NCBI GenBank assembly: GCA_043228905.1
Contig: JBHGNT010000001.1
Span: 29,016,001-29,080,000 of the forward strand
DNA length: 64,000 bases
Reading direction: 5' to 3'
DNA from: Azolla caroliniana
Taxonomy: Eukaryota; Plantae; Polypodiophyta
In this document: positions 23,452 through 36,620 of the stretch, in pieces
Numbering within the stretch: position 1 is the first letter of the stretch
Layout: every line of letters begins with the position of its first letter
The notes under the pieces: model-generated
What the model saw: only the letters and a program-made list of their open reading frames with translations
Databases searched by the model: none
Told to the model about the DNA's origin: nothing
Translations under genes and position numbers: made by a program

Positions 23452-26400
23452 GACTAACAATCACCGACAACTTCGGCACATACCGGAGGATGTGCGGGTT
23501 CGGAGGGGGCGAGTGTCGTAGTGTATTTCGTACACTACGTGAAAATAATATAAAATAACCGATTGAATAAATATGAAGAAAAAAAAGAAGAAGAAAATAT
23601 CAAAATAAGCATTACATACATAGGGCAAGATTCAAACCTTGCACCTCCATGTTAATAATGTAATGTCTTACCATTACACTAGCATTTCATTCCTATTAAA
23701 AAGTAGATGTCCCACATAAAAATCGTAAGTTCACGTAGGATAAACTTTAGTTAAAAGAAAAACGCATGCTAAAAGAAAAAGCTACACATGCACATCTAGC
23801 GTGCATGAACGCTATAGTTGATAAAAAACGCACAAGTTAGAAAAAGCATAATCACTTTAGATAAAGCATATAGTCTATCTATAGGAAAAGCATGGAGTCT
23901 ATAGTTAGTAAAAAAAAGCATGGATTCCTAAGACTCCCTCATCACTACATAAGGATGGGGAGCACAATGTAATAGGTGTGAAAAATATTTGGAAACTGGA
24001 TATGTTTCTAAAAAAATACCAATTAATAAACTATACTCGTGGGATTCACGAGGATTCTATATCATTCTCTTTCAACCCAAATTTATATTCTTATATTCAT
24101 ATTGATTAATCTAATACAATACACTCGTGGGATTCACGTGTTTGCTATAACTCTTTCTTACAACATATTTATATTCTTATTAGCCTTAAAACTCTCCTCT
24201 TCCTAGTCCAAAACCCAAGCGGTTCCCACCCAACTCATGCAAACGATCTGGCGCCAAAAGGCACGACAACGTTGACTGAGCCAAGCAGGTTCGGATCTCG
24301 GTTGATCACACTTAAGCCCTCGACGAATGTCACACCATGCCTTCCACATGGATGCACTAAATCTATCCTCCAATTGGCGGGAGAAACTAGGTTTGAGATC
24401 CATGTTTAGAATCCATCCCGTTTGGGGGGCCCAATTGACCCCTTTTCGTGGCCTAAAGTAAGCGAAACATAACCTCAGTAGCATTTTCCAGCACTCATTT
24501 CCTAGTTGGAGTCCTCGCACCACAAATTTGGCAAGTAAGGCTTTCGATTGTGAAAGGGGATCGATAAGACCCGATCCCTCTCGACTTAGGCGTTGTGAGT
24601 ATAGGCCACGCCACCTTGGCGCGAGCTACATGGTCTTCCTTACCAGACCAAATGTAGTTGCGAACCAGTCGTTGAATCTGATGTATACTTTCCTTGGAGA
24701 TTGTCCAACATGATAGACTGTACCATGTTGTTGCGAGTAGTACTTGATTTGCCACTATGATGCGACCCGCTAGCGACAATTTTTTGGAGCTCCAATGTAT
24801 CAACTTTTATCGAATGGAATGGATAACGAATGTGTTTCCTGAGATAGCCATATTGCGTAGGATTTGTGCCAATTGATCATGGCGTTGGATCTCTTGCAAA
24901 ATACAGCTAGCCCACTTTCTAGCTTTTGGAGGTTTTCCAAGTCCCCTTGCAGGTAGACTGTTGTGTCATCTACAAATTCTATATCCAGGATGCTTTGGTG
25001 AGAATGAGGTACAGTAAGACCACGTAGGTTGAGATGTCGCGAGTTGAGAAAGCAAGAGAGTGCTTCGGCGCATAATAGAAATAAGGATGGAGCTAGTGGG
25101 CATCCTTGCCGTACAGATTGGGATATTCGGAAAAAGGGGCCCCTTTCACCTGCCAGTGAAATGCAATTGTTGCCATTCCTATAAAGTCCTGCAATGCCTT
25201 TAATCCATGTCTCTTGAAAGCCGAGTTTCATCATCACACTTTCTAGAAAGTTCCAGCATACCTTGTCATATGCTTTCTCAAAATCTAGTAGCACCACCAC
25301 GACCTTGTTGTTGGTTCACTTGGCAAGGGCTACTACTTCCCAAAATGAGAAGAGGTTGTCTAGGATGCTCCGATTTCTAACGAAACCTGTCTGCGATGGA
25401 TGCTTGAGTTGAGGGAGAAGTGGTGTTAAACGGCGTGCCACGATTTTTGCGAGCAACTTATAGACAGTATTGAGAAGAGTTATGGGCCGCGACTTGCTAA
25501 TGTCGTTGGCATTCCCACCACTTTTAGGAATGAGATGTATCATCACTTGTCCAAATTCCTCCGGCATGCTTGCAGAGGTGATGATCTCCTCATATGCCTG
25601 GAGGAGGTCTTCTTTAATAGTGTCCCAAAGACATGTGAAAAAGTGTGGGGTGAGGCCGTCGATTCCGAGGCAACTATCAACATCTAAATCAGTGAGGGCC
25701 TCCCATATCTCATTGATTGATAGGGGACACACGAGCCACGTATTCATTTCCGGCGTGACTTTCTCCGGTATGCTTTGGAGGATAATATCTTCTCTTATGT
25801 CTTCCCTTGTAGCTATAATGTCTTCGGTAAATGGGCGGCGATAATAACTTGTGGCGATATTCCTCATTTCGTCGCCATCGTCAGTGGTCATTCCATCCTC
25901 TCGGTTGAGGTTGCGCATCATAGTTCTAGCGTGCCTCGGGCCTTTGGAGCGGAAGAATTCCTTCGTGGTTTTGTCCCCTACTCGAATCCATCGCGTCATG
26001 CTTCCATGAAACTCCATGTCATATATTTCCTTTTCCGCCATGCTAAGTTCATGTTTGGCCGTGGCGACTTGTCTTGCGATCCAAATACAGAACGAGTATC
26101 TCTGTTGGAGTCGTTATAAGGCTATTAGTCCCCGTTGTGGAAATATTTAATCTTAATATTATATCATTAATATGACTATTATTATTATTATTAAAATAAG
26201 TAATTACAAAGAGTTATTTACAATTACACTTTAGAGAAAACTCTTCATTGAAGAGACATAACTCTTTGTCCATCGGCTCTACAAACAAGCCATTTGGCTA
26301 ATGTAACATTATACAATTAATATAGAACAAATTATGTATGTGTGATCTCTCTCTCTCTAACAATCATTCTCTATTTGTATAGTTGCCAAATTTTACATGG

Positions 26401-26511
26401 TATCAGATTTATAGATTTCCGCATCTATCAAATAAGACTAGAGAATCCCAGGAGCGTTGATCGATTTGTCATCAAGACGAGCGCTAAGCCGGATAGGCCT
26501 CTTCCATAAAA

Positions 26512-29500
26512 ATGGCACAATCCTCAACTCCTGCCAACATTCTCAACACACATAAACTTTCATTAGTAAAGTTATTAAAGCAAAATTATCGCATTTGGAG
26601 TGCTCGACTCGAATTATTATTTCAACACTACAAACTTTGGGATGTAGTGTCAGGATTATCAAAAAAACCCGATCTCCCCGAACCTGACCAAGTTACTTGG
26701 GAAGAGAAAGATATTGTGGCAAAGATGGAATTATTAGCACATATATCAGATGTTCAAGGAGAAGCAGTTAGAAAGTTACAAACTTCGCATCAAATTTGGG
26801 AGAAATTAAAGACACAATACAAACCAAAGACGGATGCAGCGCAAGTGCACACACTACGTGCATATGTCACATTTACAATGAAAGAAGAAGATGATGTAGA
26901 TCATTTTCTAACAACTTGGGAAAAGAAATTGGATGACACAATCACATCTGGCTTGAACATCTCCGATAAACTACAAAGATGTTTATTATTAGGCGCTTTA
27001 CCCTCTTCTTGGTCATCTTTTGTGACTACACAAAATTTAAATAAAAATGCCACTGTGGAAGATCTCATGGGAGACATAAGACAAGAAGACTCGATGAGAA
27101 AGACAAGAGAAGAAAACACATCAACACAAGCTATCGTTATGGCAGCCTATCGACCTCATTACAAACCACAAGCAAGATACAAGAGTTTCAAGAGTCAGTG
27201 GACTAATGCACCTATGACTAAAGGAGGAATGAAGTTCACTAAGTCTAATTGTAACATTTGCAAAAGACCAGGCCACACACCACAAGAATGTAAGGCAAAA
27301 CAAAAGTCTATTCGAAGATTCCCAAGCAACATTCGTCGACCACAAGCGCACATTGTAGAAGAATTCAAGGAAGAGAGAAATGGTGAAGAAGAAGAAGAAG
27401 AAGAAGAAGAAGAGGTTTATGTTGCCTCAATGGAAGAAAAGGATGAATATGAAGAAGAAGGTTACAACGACTTGATGCAAGCTTTTGTGGCTGAAGCACT
27501 TGTAGCGGATATACCAACGAAGAAGGATGACAAATGGTATCTCGACACTGGAGCGACAAACCACCTCACACATCGATCAGATTGGCTTCAAAGGTACACA
27601 CCCCTACAAAATCCAATAACTATTAGATTTGGAAATAATGGAGTAAAACAAGCACTAGGCAAAGGACAACTTACTTTTCATCTTCCGGGAGGAGGAAACT
27701 TCACCATAAATGATGTGTACCACGTGCCTGGTATCACCAAGAACCTTCTCTCGATAAGTCAAGCAACTTCGAATGGAACCGTCATCGAGTTCCATCATAA
27801 TCAAGCCGTGATTCGTCATCTTCTACCAAATGGTCTCACGATACGAACTTCCTGCAAAAGACAAGGAGGGTTATATCCAATTAGTGTACATCCAACAACC
27901 CAATCAAAAATTGAAGTTCATACAACCGAAATCGAAAGACAACAAGAACTCACCTTACTTTGGCACTATCGACTCGAACACCCACACCTTGCTGCAATGC
28001 GAACACTTCAAACTCACAAGCTCGCTCAAGGAGTCCCAAAGGATATGTTTTCCAAAATTGACCTATGTGAGGCATGCTTGTTCGACAAAATGGCATCATC
28101 AAAGTTTCCTACAAGTAACTCACGAAGAAGTCGACCACTTGAACTTGTCCATAGTGACATATGCGGTCCATTCCCAACTCAATCACTTTTAAAATCAAAA
28201 TATTTCATTAGTTTCATCGATGATTATACAAGGTTTACTATACTAACATTCCTCAAAAGTAAAGATCAAGCTTTCACAGCTTTTACAAATTATAAAGCAC
28301 TAACAGAAAAACAACTAAATCTACAATTGAAATGTCTACAATCTAACGGGGGAGGAGAATATACATCTAACAAGTTTACAAAATTTTGTAAAGACCATGG
28401 AATTTTACAACGAATTTTTGTCCCTTCGACACCACAACAAAATGGTCTAGCCGAACGGAAAAATCGAACACTACTTAATTAGGCCCGGAGCATGTTGAAC
28501 CTCGCATCACTTTCGCCCTCATTTTGGGAAGAAGCTGTGACAACAGCATGTTATCTCCAAAATCGTAACTATCATCAAACACTTGGGTTAATCACACCAT
28601 ACGAGTTATGGTTTGGAGTAAAACCAAATATGCAAGATCTCAAAATCTTTGGTTGCCCTGCTTACGCCTTTGTTCCTGCCGAAAAACGATCCAAGTTAGA
28701 ACAAAGAGCAAGAAAAGCGATTTTCGTTGGGTACGGAGATGCAAACGGCTACAAGGCTTACCATTTATTTGATCCAACCAAGAAAACCTTTTTTTACAGT
28801 CGTACTGTCAAATTTGATGAGTCGCCCTTTGTTGAATCCACGACACCAAGACATAACCTAAAAAATGATATTCGCGAAGGAGGCGAACAATTAGAAGATG
28901 ATGCTGCCATCGTTCGCCAATCTCATAACAACGATGTCGTTGATGTATGCCGCTCTCCAAACAGCACTGCCACCGCTACCTCTCGCCAACAAAAAATTGG
29001 TGATGACCGCGGCTTCCCAACCACCGCTGCCTGCCGCCAACAGAAAACTTCTGTTGCTGACGATCGCAGCCTCTCAACCAGCGCCGCCGCCGCCACCGCC
29101 TGCCGCCAACAGAAAACTTCTGTTGCTGACGATCACCGCCTCTCAACCAGCGCTGCTGCTGCCTCCACCGTCACCGCCTGCCGCCAACAGAAACTCGTTG
29201 CTGATGACCGCCGTCTCTCAACCAGAGCCGCTGCTGCCGCCAACAGAAAACTGCTGTAGTTGACGATCGCCACCTCCCATATAGCACCACCGCCGATGCC
29301 GCCTCTTTCTATCAACACAACATTGCTGATCACAATCGCCGCCCTTGTCACCGACAAAAGAATCCTGATGCCGCTGCAATCGCTGCCAGCAATCGATCGA
29401 AAACTGCCACAAATATCGTTGCCGCCTCTCAATCTGATGACGTCCTCAATGTTGTCGATCGTTATGTGGTAATCCCTCGTCCTTATATTCATGTTGATCA

Positions 29501-31764
29501 GCCCATTGCGCCTCGTCCAATCTCTCCTGTACATCTACCACTTGTATCTCCTCCCATCTCCTCTACTCCAAGAACTCCTCCCGTACGGCTTCGTTTACAC
29601 AAGAAACCAATGTTTAAATTTAAAGTTAATAAAAATAAAAGTAAAATGAAAATTACTTCTTTAACTCCAACCAACCCACATAAACCAACTACTCAACCCC
29701 AACTAACTAAGTACATGGACCCATCTTTTGATAGTGGTTTCACACCGTCTAACTCTACACACTATAATGACCTCACAAACACATCCTCTCCATCAATCAT
29801 GTCTTCACCACACTTACATACATTTAACACTTCACCAATCTCTTTATCAAATTTCTCGGCCTCTAATCACCAAACCCTTGAAAGCCCTCAAACCCATCAA
29901 ATCATTCCGTCATTTCATCTTGATTTACCCGACACCACTAGTGATTTATCAATCAACTCAAATTCACAATCCTCGCAAGACTTTCCAAACCCATATGATA
30001 ACGACTCACCACCTCACCGTACGCGCTCCTTGTCCGATATCTATAAGGAACTCGACCAATTCGAGGCACACTTTGTGGACCTCGATATAGATGCTCTCAT
30101 AATGGAAGAAGATTCGGATACGACAAATGAATTGATTATTACCGTTAGAGAAGCGTTATCTGGTACCGATGGCCCTAAATGGAGAGTTGCCATGGAAGAA
30201 GAGATGACAGCCTTATTAAAGAACAAAACTTGGAGCCTTGTCGATCCACCACCTAATCGACAAATTGTTAGTTGTAAGTGGGTTCTTCGAAAGAAGACCG
30301 ATGCTAATGGAAATATTGTACGTTTCAAAGCTCGTCTCGTAGCTCGTGGGTTTTCGCAAATTCCTGGAATCGACTTCAAAGATACATTTAGCCCTACATT
30401 GCGAAGTATCACATTTCGCATATTTGTCTCTCTCGCCGTCGAACTTGATTTGGAACTCCATCACTTAGATGTTCAAACCGCTTTCCTTCACGAAGAACTT
30501 GAAGAAGAGATCTATATGCAACAACCACCGCATTTTGAAGATTCAACTCGACCAAACGTTGTATGTCGCCTACATCGATCCTTATATGGTCTACGACAAT
30601 CTCCACGAGTTTGATATCATCGACTTCATAATTTTCTAACTAACAATGGTTATAAAAGATTAAAGAATGAACCAAATGTATACATTAAAAGATCTAAGAA
30701 TAATTTCATCATAATTGGTGTTTATGTCGACGACTTACCTCTACTTGCCAACTCACTAACGTATCTACAACTTGGCAAAGAAGGAACTTCAACAAGCTTT
30801 TCCAATAACTGACCTTGGTCCAATGAAGTATTTCCTTGGAATGAACTTACAAAGAGATCGTGCCAAAGGAACCATTTCTCTTTCCCAAACTCAATACATT
30901 GAAAGTGTATTAAAACGTTTTGATATGCTACATTGCAAGCCTATCTCTACACCAATGTCAACTCCATGCAAATTATCACTCGAAGATGCTCCAAGAACTA
31001 TTAAAGAACGAGATGAAATGTTCAATGTTCCTTACAAGAAAATTCTTGGATGTATACGCTACGTTGTTAGTTGTACATGTCCCGATTTATGTTTCACCGC
31101 TGGAATTCTTTCAAGATTTATGCAAGATTCGGGACCGAAACATTGGCAAGCTTTAAAACGACTACTACGTTACCTAAAACGAACAAAAGATATGGTGTTA
31201 ACTTACTCTAGATCACAATCAGAGACCGTCAACATGAATCTTGAAGGATGGACGAATCCATCACAATTGTCGGGTTGGACGGATTTAGATTGGGGAGGGG
31301 ATATTGATGGTCATAAGTCAACAAGTGGCTTTGTATATTGTCTCGCCGGAGCCGCTATAGCATGGAGGTCTAAGAAGCAAACAACGGTCGCTCTATCTTC
31401 AACAGAAGTTGAATATGTAGCCGCCGCACTCGCTGCAAAAGAAGGAATATGGATTCATTCTATACTTGAAGAACTTAACTTGTTTAAGACTTCAAAGCTA
31501 ATCCTTCATTGTGATAATCAGTCGTGCATAAAGCTAGCTTGTAATCCGAAAATGAGTGATAATATTCGACACATCTCTTTCAAGCATCATTTTCTACGAG
31601 ACTTAATTGAAGAGAAGAAGCTAGATTTGAAGTATGCGTCTACAACACTAATGTGGGCCGATTTTCTAACAAAGCCAGTACCTCAAACAAAGCATGCCGC
31701 TTGTTGTCGAAAGATTGGTCTTACAATGCCAAACTATTCTTCGAACGACAATACTTTTGAATAA
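26512..31764 (+). pseudogene. Copia gag-pol (Gag-PR-IN-RT-RNase H) with stops and frameshifts
   Basis: CCHC CNICKRPGHTPQEC; PR WYLDTGAT; IN LVHSDICGP...QQNGLAERKNRT; RT KARLVARGF, LDVQTAFL and YVDD (about 30723); RH DNQS...ADFLTK. Stops lie at 28480 and 30612, with frameshifts at about 29230 and 30770. Confidence 0.92.
28970..29275 (+). repeat. About 60-69-bp GC-rich tandem repeat in the Copia IN-RT linker
   Basis: There are 4-5 copies of cgccaacagaaaact(tc)tgttgctgacgatcgc...ctctcaaccagcgcc, encoding (TAC)RQQKTSVADDRxLSTSAAA. Confidence 0.85.
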
Positions 31765-32697
31765 AATAATATTTAGCTTAAGGGGGGGTGTGGAAATATT
31801 TAATCTAAATATTATATTATTATTATTACTATTATTATTATTATTAAAATAAGTAATTACGAAGAGTTATTTACAATTACACTTTAGAGAAAACTCTTCA
31901 TTGAAGGGACATAACTCTTTGTCCATCGACTCTACAAACAAGCCATTTGGCTAATGTAACATTATACAATTAATATAGAAAAAATTATGTATGTGTGATC
32001 TCTCTCTCTCTAGCAATCATTCTCTATTTGTATAGTTGCCGAATTCTACACCCGTTTTGTCCTCTGTCGCTTCTCCTGAGCATCCTTGCTTCTAGTCTTG
32101 ACAATCTCATGTAGGAGAGTAGAAGCTCTTGTTAATTTAGCTAGAAGTTTGTCAGATGTTGATGAGTCATTGACGGGTAATGACCATTGGTTGGATAGTT
32201 GGTCCTTCACGTCTATAAGTGTGTAAATAGTGTGTGGGATGCGCATTTGGAATGGACCCCATTTTCGGTGCAATTGAAAATGACTAGCTACTGGGTAAAA
32301 TCTTGCCCAAATTTAATCTAGTTGTAAGGTGGCTCCAAAAATGAAACCAAATATCCAAAAATTCTTTCCAAAATGAAGTCTTGGGAAAAGACTAGAGAGG
32401 TGTTCTCATAAACCCTTTTAGAAAATGCTTTTGTGGCAAAACCAAAGCACTTACCAAATGTTTAACTTATTCTAAACTAATTTCTCGAATCTTACATCAT
32501 CCTGAGGAAATGTGTCTTCAATCGAGATTTATTCCAATACATAAAACCCCAAGCAAGCAGTTCCTTAACAATAATCTCTCCTTTAATGGCGAAGTAGTGT
32601 GCTTGATTCTTGCTAAACACTTTTTTCTCCAAGACTACAATGTCACTATGCTTCATCAATTAACAACTCATGGTACTTGCATATAGCAAGTCCCTAA

Positions 32698-34424
32698 TGT
32701 CGAATACGAGTGTATAATGGCCGTATTCACATTGTCCCTTTGGACAACCCAAGTTCGGGCTATTTCTATAAATAGCATAAAGGGCAGTTGCCCTAGGACA
32801 GTCACTATATAAAGTGACTTTGTAACCTTTAGAAAAGGTTGTTGTTGTCGTTGGTTGTCATTTTGTAACTGTTGCTATTGGAATATAACGTTTCCTTTGT
32901 GCCTCTCTCTCTCTCCCTCTGTGTCTATCTTGCTCATGCATACACAGGTTCTTCTTCATCACGAATGTTGCGAGAGCTCACCGAACTCGTTCGGAAACTG
33001 CGGTTGAAGTTTGCCATGAAGGACCTTGGTCAGGCAAGACACATACTTGGTATGAAGACTAGTCGGCATCGCGATACATGACAACTTTTCTTGTCTCAAA
33101 CCGACTACATCGAACGTGTCTTGGAACGCTTCAACATGCACTCGGCCAAGTCTGCTTCAACCCCGCTCCCCATCAACCTTCGGCTATCTCAGCGAGAGTG
33201 GCCGACATCCGGTCCGGAGGGGGAAGATATGAAGTCGGTATCGTATGCACCGGCAGTCAGCTCTCTTATGTACGCGATGATCGCGACACGGCCTGATATT
33301 TCTCACGCCATAGGAGTCATCAGCAGATTCATGCACAACCCCGGCCGATCGCACTAGAATGCAGTCAAGCATGTGTTCAGATATCTAGCTGGCACAAAAG
33401 ACCACGGCATTCTTTTCGGCCCAAACTCAACCTCAGGCGTAGTCGGTTAGTACCGACTCGAACTTCGCTGGCTGTATGGATAGTCAAAAATCAACAACCG
33501 AATATTGTTTCAAATTCGGAAATGGAGCAATCTCGTGGAAGTCAAAACTTTAGGAGTGCACAGCCACCTCAACGACCGAAGTGGAATATTTAGTTGCGTC
33601 TGACGCGGCAAAAGAAGCTTTATGGCTCGGTCGGTTGGCGCACACGTTTCGACAGGTCGACTCCGACTCGGCTCCAGTTGTCTACAGCGACAGTCAGGGT
33701 GTTGTTGTTTGTCAAAAAATCTAGTTCACCACAACGCGTCTAAGCATATCGACATTCGATATCACTTCGTTCGGGACTGCGTCATTTCAGGGAAAATCGG
33801 TCTCGAGAAGATATCCACAACCGATAATGTCGAAGATGGAATGACCAAGTGTCTTTCGGCGGATCGTTTCTGATCCCTTCGGCACCAGATGGGCGTAACG
33901 AAAAATCGGTCTGGTTAAAGCCGGACACAGCACAAGACGGTTTTGGACCACCGACATCGATTCTCTGAGGATCGGCTTTAGCTCTTCCGACCCGACCGAT
34001 TCGGTCTTCTGTCTTCGAATATTGCCGACTCTGACAAAACCAATCTGTCCAATAAACCTTGTATATATAGCTGAAATTCTTTAAGATAACCCTTGTATAC
34101 GCCCATTACGGGGGAGTGTCGAATACGAGTGTATAATGGCCGTATTCACACTGTCCCTTTGGACAACCCAAGTTCGGGCTATTTTTGTAAATAGCATAAA
34201 GGGCAGTTGCCCTAGGACAATCACTATATAAAGTGACTTTGTAACCTTTAGAAAAGGTTGTTGTTGTCGTTGGTTGTCATTTTGTAACTGTTGCTATTGG
34301 AATATAATGTTTCATTTGTGCCTCTCTCTCTCTCCCTCTGTGTCTATCTTGCTCATGCATACACAGGTTCTTCTTCATCACGAATGTTGCTTGCACTTCC
34401 GCATTGACGGCCTTGTCCCCAACA
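32698..34424 (+). mobile_element. Internally deleted Ty1/Copia element
   Basis: The 5' LTR (32698-32971) lacks its last 34 bp and the 3' LTR is 34117-34424. The TSD is CCTAA at 32693-32697 and 34425-34429, and a PPT ggggggag precedes 34117. Only the late RT (FAMKDLG...RPDI) and RNase H (SKHIDIRYHFVRD) remain. Confidence 0.92.
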
Positions 34425-36218
34425 CCTAAATAATGTAATCTTAGTTCTACAAGCTTGGTTAATGAAGCACTTGCTTTTTATGAAGACGTAATGTCATTGT
34501 TGATTAGGTCATTTAGTTTTACATGCATAAAAAAATTAACCCATTAAGAAGAATGAGAATATGCTTAATCGTGCCTTTCTCTCAATGAAGGATAGGAAAT
34601 TCCACTAGTTGGTGAATTACTATGGCTATAGATGTATGTGATTCCATGTAGAGTCTCGTAGAGGTGGTTCTTTAAACACATCATTCATCGATCATTTATC
34701 ATAGGAAAATTCGAGGATATCCTTTAGTTTGAAAGGATATTGTGTCTCGTGTATTTGTTGATTCATTGCTTCAAACAATAACAATTGAAGTTATAAATTT
34801 ACAAGTTGGATGATTGACACTAGTGAGGACTTCGTAAGCCATTAGTTTAAGTGGTATTATTGCTCATACTGCATTAGGACGGAGTTCATGGCCTTGTGTG
34901 ACTCTCCCTCAAAAACTTTATAGTTGCCAAAAGAATTACTCAAATCCATCAAAGAGTTATTATGGTATTGGCTTAATTAGGTTTGGGTGAAGGTCCAATG
35001 AGAACAATTCTTTACATGAGAAAATCATAATATAATCGATGAATTGGTCTTAATAGATAAAACAAATTGTGTTTTTCTTTTTGTTAGATGGAGAGTTGTG
35101 GCGAAGGGATTCATTAAAGTTGGATGAAGTTTTATAAATTGTACAAGAATTAGGAGAAGACATTGTTGCTTATATAGTAACTTAACGATGACAAAACAAT
35201 AACATGAGCCGTTGCATATGCCACAGTTCTATTAGAGGCCCATAACAGATTTATTCCATTGTCTACGAGATAGAGAAGGTATAAAGTTGGCCCATAACAT
35301 ATGTGTAGTACAAAAAGAAACTCCATCTTTAGGGAGGGATGCTAATCGTATATCTATATATGTTCCAAATGTTATGTCCCTTGTATTCTTATCCTATTAA
35401 TTTAGCTTCATGCTCACATGTTTGGTTTTTATGAGATAAAAATGTGCATGAAAGCATAATACCCATATAAATTCTTTTTATTATCGAAGAAATGATAACG
35501 TTACTGATCTACGATGATTACGAGAAGGCACATAGACCCAATTGTCATTGTAAATATATAATCCCTTACCATAATGTAATTGCATGTGACCACATGTGAC
35601 TTCATTCATTACTAGATCAAGGATGCTTTAATATCCTTATAAAAGGTAATAACTTGTATTGAGTCTTGTGATTGAGTGGCTCTTCCTAGACCAGGTTTGC
35701 CATGTGGCTTCCATATGTCACTTATGTGAGGCATGTCATTTGTCACAAGGTAATAGGCTCTAAGTGATGTTGTGAATCGTGATTCATGTTAGTTTCTTTG
35801 TAATTGCAGTTGTGTTTCTTCTCAAACCATGTGGACTTTTGTGCAATAGATTTATTCATAGACACGAGTGTGAGAAATGTAGAGAATTCAAAGATGGAAT
35901 AGGTTTGCATTATAGGCTGCCCAATCAAGCACATTTGTAGTAGCAACATTCTCGGTGTTATTCCACCAAAACATGTAATGCACGATACTCCATGAAGATT
36001 AAGTAGTTGTTCACACATAATGCAATAAATAAATAATGGTCAATTGGCCAAATGAAGAACCATGGCACAGAAAATTGTGGACATAACATGTTGAATTGGT
36101 TTCCATTCCATATGAATAAGTTGTGGAAGAGTTTCCCAAGGAACGTGGAATAAGATACATGATAATAAAGTAGTAATTTCGAGTAAGGACCTCTTTAAAT
36201 TAATGCCTCAACAAATGG

Positions 36219-36620
36219 TGGAATGGATAATGAATAATGTAGGTGGCAAAGGGGCCAATGTAGGACAATCTTGAAAAAGGAGAGAAGCGTGAAAACTCGT
36301 GGGCTTGACAAAAAATTACTAATGTCAGTATGGATCTTGGCAATCATAAAGAAAGCATCATACATGTTAACGCCTTTATGGAGGTAACTACATTATTTTG
36401 ATGAAATTTGAGTTATGGAATGGATAATGAATAATGTTGGTGCCAATGGGCCCAATGTAGGCCAATCTTGAAGAAGCAGAGAAGTGTGGAAACTCATGGG
36501 CTTGCCAAAAAGTTGTTTACTAATGACAGTATGGATCAAGACAATCATAGAGAAAGCATCATACATGAACTTAACACGTTTATGGAGATAACTACATTAT
36601 TTTGATGAAATTTGAGTTAT
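36219..36620. repeat. Tandem duplication, about 197-204 bp x2
   Basis: tggaatggataatgaataatgt...cattattttgatgaaatttgagtta begins at 36219 and at 36416. Confidence 0.85.

Larger units (their letters stand above)
19344..24268 (+). mobile_element. Non-autonomous (pol-less) LTR retrotransposon with two Gag-like modules, tRNA-Trp PBS and 4-bp TSD (Ty3/Gypsy, probably Phygy/Selgy-related)
   Basis: LTRs are 19344-20099 and 23514-24268 (TGTCG...CGACA; about 16 substitutions and 1 indel by eye). The TSD is ACGT at 19340-19343 and 24269-24272. The PBS is tggtgaacccaacgtgaa at 20104-20121, and the PPT is ggagggggcgag at 23502-23513. No PR, RT, RH or IN motifs are seen. Confidence 0.9.
26136..32050 (+). 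mobile_element. Ty1/Copia LTR retrotransposon, full length but decayed, nested in the LINE
   Basis: 262-bp LTRs at 26136-26397 and 31789-32050 (TG...CA, about 11 differences). The TSD is CCCGT at 26131-26135 and 32051-32055. The PBS is tggtatcaga (tRNA-iMet) at 26398, and the PPT is aaggggggg at 31780-31788. Confidence 0.95.
17952..32295 (-). mobile_element. 5'-truncated L1-clade LINE (ORF2: RT plus zf-RVT), pseudogenised and hosting two nested LTR elements
   Basis: ORF2 pieces lie at 32056-32295, 24273-26130 and about 18050-19343. RT motifs are RPITLLNTVYK, LDFEKAYDKV, RQGCPLAPSLF and FVDD, and the zf-RVT reads CIECPHAVES...WDCP. There is a (TAAAAAA)n-type tail at 17952-17980 and a 15-bp TSD taaaatctt(a/g)cccaa at 17937-17951 and 32296-32310. 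The reading frame is restored across both insertions (WLSQRILWNP; QRTKRGLIAL). Confidence 0.92.

Noticed and set aside
22927-29275. Short periodic repeats as a possible CRISPR-like array
   Set aside because: They are head-to-tail coding repeats without unique spacers, in a eukaryotic context with no cas genes.
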